This document shows, piece by piece, positions 52,208-61,944 of a stretch of DNA of 64,000 nt. The stretch lies in NCBI GenBank assembly GCA_964016885.1, contig OZ024740.1, positions 28,954,001 through 29,018,000 on the forward strand. Direction: 5' to 3'. The notes under the pieces were generated by a model. The model saw nothing but the letters and a program-made list of their open reading frames with translations, made no database searches and was not told the DNA's origin. The stretch is from Eledone cirrhosa. Lineage: Eukaryota. Numbering within the stretch: the stretch's first letter is position 1; every line of letters starts with the position of its first letter. The position numbers were made by a program, and so were the translations under genes.

Positions 52208-53216
52208 ACTTTCTTTTTATTTGCCACTAGGGCATCAAAAGTGGGACAAGTACAAAGGGGGGACTTTACATGCAAAGGCGTCCTCAATATGGAGGGGGCA
52301 ATAACAAGATATAAAAGTATAAAAATAAAATAAAATATAACAAAATAAATTTTATAACAAAATCCTCAATAGGGAGGAGGCACCTTGGGGGGTCGCACAC
52401 AACCCCGAAAAAAAGTGTGCAACCCATCTCCTCAGGAGCACAGAGAGGGGGTGCTCCCTTGGTCTTTCATCTTCCTCACCTATAGTCTGATGTAGAGTGA
52501 AGGCCCATTCACACGGGCCATTCTCGCCACTTTCACCCATCTTTCATAAAAACGGCTGGGGTGCAGCACCTCTCTCTCCATCCTGATCCTTCTTCCGAAA
52601 TGATATCGGAAGAAACGGACCAGTTGTTGGCCAGAGAGAAAGGTGTCTGACCTCAGTCCTTTCAGACGCGTCCACCATACAACCTCTTTCTCCATGGCTA
52701 TTACGCACAGAAATACCGCCTCTCCTTCGTTTTTGAAGAGAGGAGGCGGCTTGATCGTTACAATAGACTCGGTGGTCAACCGGATCGGTCCCACCCTTGA
52801 CAGCAGTTGTTCGACATAACCCCACAGATCTGCAATGCCCGAGCAGTGTACCAAAGCCTGTGCAACGGTTTCCTCGTCTCACGCATCTGGGACAGATCTT
52901 TTTCGAGGAGTCCCTACCCGGGCGCCCGTGTCTGTAGAGACTTTCTCGAACGGGCAGAGCCCCTCGGTAGCAGTGCCAGGCCAGGGACCTCTGGAAGTTA
53001 TCCATGGGTCCCGGGCTGAATGTCCTACCGAACAGGTTGTCCAGTTCGTCTTCCTCCATGCCTAGGGCTTCTTCGAGGGTGTCGTCGCACCTGCTAACCA
53101 CCAGCCCTCTATAGAATGACGAGGTGGATTCTCCACTGACAGCCGGGTCCGCCTACCAGAGAGCCTTGAGCGCCTGGGCACACTCGGTGTACCAGGCGCT
53201 CAGTTTTCTCGGTCTT
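52208..53216 (-). mobile_element. 5'-truncated Tx1 LINE between (GATA)n tracts
   Basis: PGPMDNFQRSLAW.CYRGALPV, CPRC, ORF2 C-terminus and 3'UTR. Confidence 0.92.
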
Positions 53217-53249
<33 letters not shown>

Positions 53250-53482
53250 TTCTTTATTAGCCACAAGGGCGCAACAAGAAAGGGGACAATACAAAGACAT
53301 GCCGGGGATTTTACATACAGTCGTGTAAAAAATATAAAAACAAACAATTTCAACAATCGAAATCCCCAATAGGGGGGAGGCGCCACAAATGGGTTGTTTA
53401 ATACCCCGTCGATAGAACAACCCTCAACTCGAGGAGCGTGTTGTGCAAGTGCTCATTTCTTCCTTTTGCTCTCTTCCTCAAC

Positions 53483-56400
53483 CTACAGGCTTATAAACAG
53501 AGAAGGCCCAATCACTCGGGCCATTTTCGCTTCATTCACCCACCTTTCAGTAAATTTACTGGGGTGCAGTGCCTCTCTCTCCACCCTGATTCTCCTTCTA
53601 AAGTGATACTTAAAGAAGGGAATCAATTGTTGTCCGGAGAGAAAGGCATCTGTCCTCAGTCCTCTCAACCTCGTCCACCATATAACTTCTTTCACCATAG
53701 CCACCGTACAGAGGAAAACCGCCTCTCTTTCGTTTTTGAAAGAGTCTGGATGTTTGATCCTTACTATGGACTCGGCAGTCAACTGTATTTGTCCCATACG
53801 CGACAGCAGTTGTTCTGCATAGTTCCACAGGTCGCTTACGCCCGGGCAGTGTACAATTGCGTGTAGAACTGTTTCAATGTCCTGCGCACATCTTGGACAC
53901 GTCCTCTTGGAAGGATCCCTGCCAGGGCGTCCGTGCCTGTAGATCTTGTCACGAACCGGTAGAGCTCCTCGGTAGCACTGCCAGGCCAGGGACCTCTGGA
54001 AGTTGTCCATAGGTCCCGGGCGGAAAGTCCTACCAAACATACTGGTGAGCTCATCGTCTTCGACGCCCAGAGTCTCTCCGAGCACGTCGTCGCCCTTGTA
54101 ACGTACAATCCCTCTATAGAATGTCGAAGTGGAGTCTCCACTGATTGCTGCGCCCGCTTGCCAGAGGACTGTGAGCACCTGAGCGCATTCAATGTGCCAG
54201 GCGCCCATCGTTTTCGGTCTTTTCTTCACCCAGGACTGCAGCTCCGTTAGCGAGACGAGCTGTGGGAAAGCCTGTCTCACAAACGGTGCCCACACCGGTT
54301 GGGGGTCGGTGAGGAATACCTGGAGATGCCGCAGCCTCAGCGCATGTTTGCGCATCATCAGCCACGGCATTCCCAGCCCTCCGTTGGAAGGGTGCTGACA
54401 GCAGACGGATCTCCTCACCAGCGGAGCCTGCTTCTTCCACAGAAACTGGAAGAGCATGCGTTCCATCTTGGCGAGGTGTTCACGGGGACAAGGCACGACA
54501 GTCAAGCGGTAGTAGATGACGGACGCTATGAAAGTGTTCGCCACCTTCGCTCGACCTTTCAAGGACAGTTTGCATTCTGCCCACTTCTGAGTGAGTGCAA
54601 ACACCTTGGCCGTGACCTCGTTCCAGTTTTTCTCCACCCGGAGGTCTGGACCGAACCAGACCCCGAGCAATTTCACCGGTCCGTCCGTTCAGCGTCCAAC
54701 GACGCTGTCGGATGTCATCGGTTTGCCTCTCCACGTACCGAGTTGCAAACCGACAGACTTGTCTGGGTTTAGTTTTGCTCCCGTCAGCGTTTCGTATTCA
54801 TTCAGTATGTTGCCGATCACCCCGATTTCCGAGGTGCTCGACACCATTACTGTCACGTCGTCGGCATAAGCCGACGCCGCTTTGCGCAGTCCCGGTTCTA
54901 GGGGGATGCCCTGCAACAGCTCCAATTTCCGCAGTAGTGGCTCTAGAGTCAATACATACAGAATGGAGGAGAGAGGGCATCCCTGTCGAATGGAACGCGT
55001 GATTGCGAACGGCTCCGATAGGTAGCCGTTCACCTTGACCCTCGAGCAGATGCTGGTGTGCATCGCCTCGATCCATCCTCTGAACACGGGACCGAAACCG
55101 GCCGCCTTGAGAACCGCTTCCAAGTATCGATGGTCGACCCTATCGAATGCCTTAGACTAATCCAAGTTGATCAGAGCCCCACCGAAGCCGGGTTTACTAC
55201 CCACCCTCTCTATGATGTATCGCATGAGGTGGAGGTTGTCGTGTATGGACCTGGTCGGGATTGCACACGTTTGCGCTTTCCCTACCAGGTTCTCGACGAC
55301 AAGCGCCAACCTCGTCGCTAGCACCTTGGCCAAAATCTGTAACTCTGTGTTGAGCAGAGTTATGGGCCTGAAGTTGTTAATTTCGTCCCCCTTGTTCTCG
55401 TCTTTCCTGATCAGCGTTACTACGCCCTTGCCTGCAGAACTGGGAATTCTCCCGTTCTGCTGCCAATTGCAGTAGACGGCTTCGAGGACGCCAGAGAACA
55501 AGTCCGACATGCCTATGTAAAATTCGTAGGGTAGACCATCTAGACCGGGTGACTTGCGTTTCCCGCAGCGGCCCAGAGCGTCCCGTATCTCAGTGTCGGT
55601 GATCGGTCTTTCGCAGAACTCGGCGTCCGTGTTCGAGAGACGCGGCAGGCCGTCGAGGTATGAACTAAAGTCCATTGCCCCGTTCGGCTCACCGTCGTTC
55701 TGCTCAAACAGTCGCGCAAAGTGCCGCTGAAAGGCCGCGCACATTTGCTTGGGGTCAAGTAGCACGCGTCCGTTTTGGTCTTTCAAAGACCGAATCGTGG
55801 ACTTGTTGCCACTTTTTGCCTCCGCCACTCGGGCCCAGCTGACAGCTTTCGCTCCTTCGTTTCCTAGAGCACGTGTTTTGCTTCTGACCACGCAGCCTTC
55901 GTGTTTCGCATCGAAGAACTGGTCCAGTGCCGTTCTCGACGCTAACACGCTAGCCGCGTTGCCACTTCTAAGTGCCGCCTCTACCTTGGCTACTAGTTCT
56001 CTTTCTATTCTGTTTTTCTCTAAGGCTAACTCTCTGCTATACCCTATCGATTCTATTCTAATTGCTTTCTTGAGAGAGTACCACCATCTATTCTTGACGA
56101 TGGCTCCCGTTAACTGTTGCTTGACTAGTTTACTTATCCGTTCACTGTAAGCTTTACGTGCCGGCAACGACACGTTCAGCTTCCAGTATCCGGGACCCTG
56201 TCTATGTATTCTATCACGGTTGACTAAGCAGACGACTCACTTGTGATCTGAATAGGCAACCATGTGCATTCGTGGACAGCTTAACATATCCTTGTCCCTT
56301 TCTCTAATGAAGAACCTATCTAAATACGATCTAGATGTCCCACTGCGGTTTACCCACGTCCACTGTGGTGCAGTCGGGAAATCCAGTCGATACCTATCGG

Positions 56401-56929
56401 CCAGTTGGAATTGGCCGATTAAAGTTTTGAGGCTGTTGCACCCCGCTCTACTGGGACATGCTCCCACATAGTCCCATCGTGCATCTAGGATACCATTCCA
56501 GTCCCCCACTAAAAGTAAGGAGCGAGACGTTCCCAGAAAAGACTCTAGACGCTTAAAGAAGTCTGGCCGTGATTGCGATTGCCCGGTCGGGGCATAAACG
56601 GCCACCAGTCTGAAGGCTCCACCTCCGATACTGTTCACGTCTAGGACTACCAGTCTACCCTCCGGGTCCAAGTGTACTTGCTGTACTCCGACGTCCAGGT
56701 TCTTCCGAAACATAACAGCCACTCCACCTCCACCTCCTGGCTGACAGAGAGATGCGTAGATCTCAAAGTCGTCGAAGATGGGGGTTAGTTGCTGCCTGTT
56801 GTGGATTCTGGACTCGGTGATGGCTATCACATCCATACTGTGTGACCTAAGGTCGTTTAAAAGTTGGCCCTGTTTCCAGGGCATCCCTAGGCCACGCACA
56901 TTCACGGTTCCACCTCGTAAACCAGCCAT
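53483..56929 (-). pseudogene. Tx1 ORF2 (APE-RT-zinc finger), single frame with three nonsense codons
   Basis: NVRGL, GDWN, SDH, KSPGLDG, FRPITLLN, RQGCPLS, YADD, CPRC..ETVLHAIVHC; stops at 56237, 55157 and 54689. Confidence 0.95.
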
Positions 56930-56970
56930 GTTGGTGAAGAAAAGTTGGAGAAAAAGGACGAAAGGTGCAC

Positions 56971-58849
56971 TTACCTTTTCGTTTCCTGGAGATCGGGTTG
57001 TTCAATCTCCATTTGGGTGCTGGATGGGGTGTTGGGTGGGGTGGGGAAACATTTTAATAGGACGCGGTTGATGGGTTTGTGGCAGGGGTTGCCCACGTCC
57101 TGTGAAAATTGAATTTTCAGGTCTTTATAGGTTTCCATAGAAACCCTTATAAGTTTAAGGTGTGGAGACGATTCTGCCTTGACGAAAGTTTTGCCCTCCG
57201 TCTCCACCTTGGGGTTTTGGGAGATGACCTCCATCAAACTCTTGTTGTTTGTGTTGATGTATGCGTATTGTTGTTTGTGTTTTTGTTGTATTGTTTTAGT
57301 TTGTTGTTCATCCGGGAGTTTTCTTTTTATGGTGGGTGCTTGTGTTTGGGGTGGTGTTGGCGCTGGTTTTGCTGATAGGGAGATGTTTGACTGTGGTGTT
57401 GTTTGTGTTGTTGTTTGTGTCTGTGGTTGTGTGTTGGTGTTGGTGATTGGAGTTTTGGGGGTTTTGTGGTGTCTCTTTTTTTGTTTTTTGGATTTCCGCG
57501 GTTCTTCCTCTTCTTCACTTAAAGAAGGAGAAGCAGCTTCATCCGTCGATGAATAATCATCGTCAGGTGTGTGGGGTAAGGGTATGTTGTGTGGTGGTGG
57601 TGGTGTTTCGGTATGTGTGTTTGTGGTAGTGTTTGATGGAGTGGGATGGAGTGGGGATGTGTTCTTCAGAGGTGTTGTCTCTGTTTTTTTCTGTTGTTGT
57701 TGGTTGAGTTTCTGTTTGTTTAGGTGTGGTTGCTCGTTTCGTCTGTCGTTGTACTTGTGGTGGTGGTGGTGGTTGTTTTGGTGTTGGTGTTGGTAATAGC
57801 GTTTTTTTTATGATGTTGCTGTTGTGTGTTTGTGGACAAGAGGCTTTTAGGTGAGATGTGCTACCACAGCGAAAGCAGTGAAATTTTCTTCCTTCTACCG
57901 AAATGTTTATTTTGTTGTTATTATCAATAACGACTCTTTCGGGTATTTTGGAGATTCTCTCCGGTTTCATTTGCAACAGAATCTCCAAATCGGTGCCCGC
58001 CCACCTTTGTCGAATGGATTTTCGTATCGAAAGTATTATGTCTGTTTCTGGCTCTACGAAGCCAGCCAAGATCCACCAGATGTTAATGCTTGGAGGTATG
58101 TTTTTTATTTTTATTTTTTGTGTCCTTTTCCCCATGTATGTAGGGAAAAAGGTGTATGCTTTTGACACTATTGGTGTCACAGAGTTTTTTGGGGCCAGTG
58201 CCTCGCTTTTAAACAGTACGGAAACACTTCCGTACTGTTTTCCTCGCTGGAGAAAATCGACATTTCCTAGAATTTCCTTGAAAGAATCTTCTATATCTGA
58301 CTGATTAACAAATGTCGGTTTTCTTGATGAATTTGACACAGTCCTAAAAGTGACTGATCGGCGGTTTGTGTCTTCCTTTATTTCAAGGGGTGAGTTAATT
58401 CTAAACCCACCTCTTTCTTCGAAAGTTACAAATTTTCTCCCTTGCTGGAGCATATCTCTTGCGTTGGAGATATCAAGATTTATAAAATCTTGTTTCTTGT
58501 TGACTGTGTCAGCAAAAGACATTTTCTTTTTTTGTGTGATGTTGTTGTTAATAATGATGTTATCGTTGTTGGAAATTTTATGTGTAGATGTATCTGTAGA
58601 GTTGTTGATGTCTTTTTCATGTGTATGTATGTCAATGGGTTTTTTTGCCGTGTTTTCCCGTGTGTTATTGTCATTTTTCTCCGCTTCGGCGGTAGAAATT
58701 GTAACATTTTCAAATGTTGATATATTTTTTTCTTTTGTGACAGTATCTATGGCAACGTCCATAGCAGCAGAAGCAGATATAACGTTAATATCTGCCTCTT
58801 TCTCTCTCTTTTCTCTATTAACGTTCTCCAGCGTTCTAGTGTTGCTCAA
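56971..58849 (-). pseudogene. Tx1 ORF1 with CCHC knuckle, at least one frameshift
   Basis: SFAD, VTFRTVS, PTYMGKRTQKIKI, CFRCGSTSHLKASC. Confidence 0.88.
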
Positions 58850-59058
58850 GTTTTTTTACTTTGTAAAATTTGATATTTTAAAACAAACTTTTAAATAAAA
58901 TTTTCGCCCCTACAGGGGCGAAAAATGGGATTACCAATCAGCTGACAATTCAGCTTGGGGGTTAATCTACAAAGTGTTGTATTTTTTTCAAACAATTAGA
59001 TCGGTTTTTTGCATAGAAATTAACAAAAAACTTACCGGCGATATTCCACACGTTAGAC

Positions 59059-59129
<71 letters not shown>

Positions 59130-59400
59130 CACATGCGCGCGCACGTACAAACTCAAAACAGAGGTTTTTCTGAAACAGTTATATTTTTGTTTGTTTAAAC
59201 CTTTAATCTGTCCTAAAATAAGGCGGTGAATCAAACTTTGTTCAGTCCTGGTGCGCGTGGCCTGTGATCCAGTCCTGGTGCGCGCGGCCTGTGATGTAAA
59301 AGGATACCCAGGACTGAAACATGTAGGGAAGAATGACCAACACACACTTTACTTCTTAGCTTCGTACGGACGTATAATAACACACACACACACGTGCACG

Positions 59401-59473
<73 letters not shown>

Positions 59474-59728
59474 ACACACACACACACACACAAAACACAT
59501 TCTTACCCATGTGCACAAGTATAGCTCCTTTTACAAAACGTTTTTTTATCATTTCAGGTTGATGCGTTACACCATCCACTTTTCTAAAAAATAAATCATA
59601 CACAAAACGCCAGCACCAACAGTTTTGCAAGAGATGTCAACATGAATGGACCTGTTATTTTTAACTACTGACATGTTTTCCAATTCCATCCCGCCTGTCC
59701 CCGCAATCTATCTTATTTCTCATTCTTT

Positions 59729-59762
59729 CTTCTGATGAAGGACTAGCGTCCGAAACGTTAAG
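59729..59762 (+). ncRNA. Minimal hammerhead ribozyme in a pLTR remnant
   Basis: CTT-CTGATGA-AGGAC TAGC GTCC-GAAA-CG-TT-AAG. Confidence 0.8.
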
Positions 59763-59907
59763 CCCCTCTACCTGCTATATCAAGCGTTAACCTAATATAT
59801 ACCTTCCATATACTGTACCGATTGTGTTGTTATTTCTGTTTACCTTTTACATACATATATCTATATATTTATATATATATGTGTGTGTGTGTGTTTGTTT
59901 GTTTGTT

Positions 59908-59984
<77 letters not shown>

Positions 59985-59995
<11 letters not shown>

Positions 59996-60215
59996 ACAAT
60001 GAAAACAAAACAAAAGTTAGAGATAGGTAGATAAGTAGCTTATTGTTTTAGGATGGTTTCAGCGAGTTAGTTGTAGTTGCCAATTAACCACTGCTATGAT
60101 AGACGATACATCGTTCTTCCACGACCAATCGACTCTCTGAAACTGTCATAACACAATAACTAATTAACTACCTATCTCTGACTTTTGTTTTGTCTTTATT
60201 GATCTAAACACGCAC
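59985..60215. repeat. Imperfect ~230-bp palindrome between microsatellites
   Basis: AAAACAAAAGTTAGAGATAGGTAG / CTACCTATCTCTGACTTTTGTTTT and TTATTGT..GGTTTCAG / CTGAAACTG..ACAATAA. Confidence 0.75.
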
Positions 60216-60250
60216 AAACAGATATATATATATATATTTTTTTCATTACC

Positions 60251-60307
<57 letters not shown>

Positions 60308-60309
<2 letters not shown>

Positions 60310-60449
60310 GCGTCCAGAAATAGCTGTCGAAACGGCTTGAGCTCTGCCGTCGAAGTTCTGACTCTTTTCTTATTACCCACTCCACTACCCAGGGTATCGA
60401 GTACTCTGGTGCGTTATGGTCCACCTGGTTCCTTACCACACTTCCTTCG

Positions 60450-60453
<4 letters not shown>
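60308..60453. mobile_element. pLTR-like fragment related to 7410-7540, inside (TA)n
   Basis: GTCGAAACGGCTTGAGCTC..GAGTACTCTGGTGCGTTATGGTCCA. Confidence 0.6.
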
Positions 60454-60502
<49 letters not shown>

Positions 60503-60504
<2 letters not shown>

Positions 60505-61475
60505 AAATTAAGATAAATCAAAATAAATTTAATCTAAATCAAAATTATGGGTGTCATGCCAGAAAGACATACGCCACATCACCCGTAAAATAAGCTCCAA
60601 GATTCTAATGAATAGGTCCGAGCATTTTATAACAACTAGAAATTGATTAACATATAAATAAACATATGAAACAATCACAGGGGATAATTTTTACAAGTGT
60701 GTAAGCACACATAGCTAGGTAGGTAACTAAATAAAGTTAACTAGAACTTCAAAAATAGATACCTTATAATATGATTAATCTTCCCTGTATATATTCCATT
60801 AAAGAAATATATTTCACCAATTAATCGAAAGGTAAACCACGGAGGCCGATACTTGGATTTTCAACAAGGAAGTAGTCCAACGATCTGTGTTTACGCATTA
60901 AGTTCAAATCAGCGACTGGCCAGTAACACGTGCTGTATCTACTAAAAATACACACATCATACCAGCTTCGTCCCAATGACGTGAATAGGATTATCGACAA
61001 CTAGAAACAGCAGTCAAGTTCTTTCAACAGAGTTAGCTCTACAATTAAGGAGCCGTATTTATATATCTATATCCAAAATTAAGATAAATCAAAATGAATT
61101 TAATCTAAATCAAAATTATGGGTGTCATGCCAGAAAGGCATGCGCCATATCACCCGTAATTAGTAGATACGGCACATGTTACTGGCCAGTCGCTGATTTG
61201 AACTTAATGCGTAAACACAGATCGCTGGACTTCTTCCTTGTTGAAAATCCAAGTATCGGCTTCTGTGGTTTACCTTTCGATTAATTGGTGAAATATATTT
61301 CTTTAATGGAATATATACAGGGAAGATTAATCATATTATAAGGTATCTATTTTTGAAGTTCTGGTCAACTTTATTTAGTTACCTACCTAGCTATGTGTGC
61401 TTACGCACTTGTAAAAATTACCCCCTGTGATTGTTTCATATGTTTATTTATATGTTAATCAATTTCTAGTTGTTA
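60503..61475. mobile_element. Non-coding element with direct (60503-60588/61074-61159) and inverted (~60630-60945/~61160-61475) repeats
   Basis: Repeats read directly; flanked by (TA)n; PLE-like geometry but no canonical HHR seen. Confidence 0.7.
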
Positions 61476-61489
61476 TATATATATATAGT

Positions 61490-61935
61490 GGCGGAACACT
61501 GGAAGGTAATATACGTAGGGGTAGAGCACTCAGTCCAAGGGACGAGTTAGGTAGAAGTGGTTACACAACAGTTAGTTCACCATACAGAGAACAATTGTTT
61601 CACCTTAGCGGATCTTCAGCTCGGGATGTGCCTGGTTATAGGAACAGGAAGGACAACCGTACGAACGCGCATGATCAGAAACCCGGTCACTTCACACAGG
61701 CAATACTAGACTTGGTGCGAGAGGTGTAAGGGAGATAACTGTGAAAGTCCGGACAATTTTAGGTTGAAAATAAAATTAAAATAAAATTAAAAATAAAATT
61801 ACAAAGAATCAGTCCGGAGCCTTGTAGTTATGCAATAGATGTTTGGTGACGTGTGGACAACGTGTGAAAAATTCATTTCTCGTGTTTAGGCAATCACTAT
61901 TGCGTAATCTCTTTAGAATAGTTATTCGTTCTTCT
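61490..61935 (-). mobile_element. 3' end of a second PLE of the CxC-linker type, with pLTR
   Basis: Minus strand ~61830-61935 translates EERITIL..CLNTRNEFFTRCPHVTKHLL, like the C-terminus of the 21.7-kb ORF. Confidence 0.7.
61587..61622 (-). ncRNA. Minimal hammerhead ribozyme
   Basis: Minus strand GAG-CTGAAGA-TCCGCTAAGGT-GAAA-CAATTG-TT-CTC. Confidence 0.75.
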
Positions 61936-61944
61936 GGTCAACAT

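Larger units (their letters stand above)
53249..59063 (-). mobile_element. Full-length Tx1/L1-clade LINE (~5.8 kb) bounded by (GATA)n on both sides
   Basis: (GATA)n at 53217-53248 and 59064-59129; ORF1, ORF2 and UTRs all present. Confidence 0.95.

Noticed and set aside
54689-56239. Selenocysteine or readthrough recoding of in-frame stops in Tx1 ORF2
   Set aside because: The stops replace Trp, Gln and a hydrophobic residue by comparison with the 41-44 kb copy; they look like ordinary nonsense mutations, not Cys positions
59243-59295. 27-bp direct duplication
   Set aside because: Only two copies; a trivial slippage product
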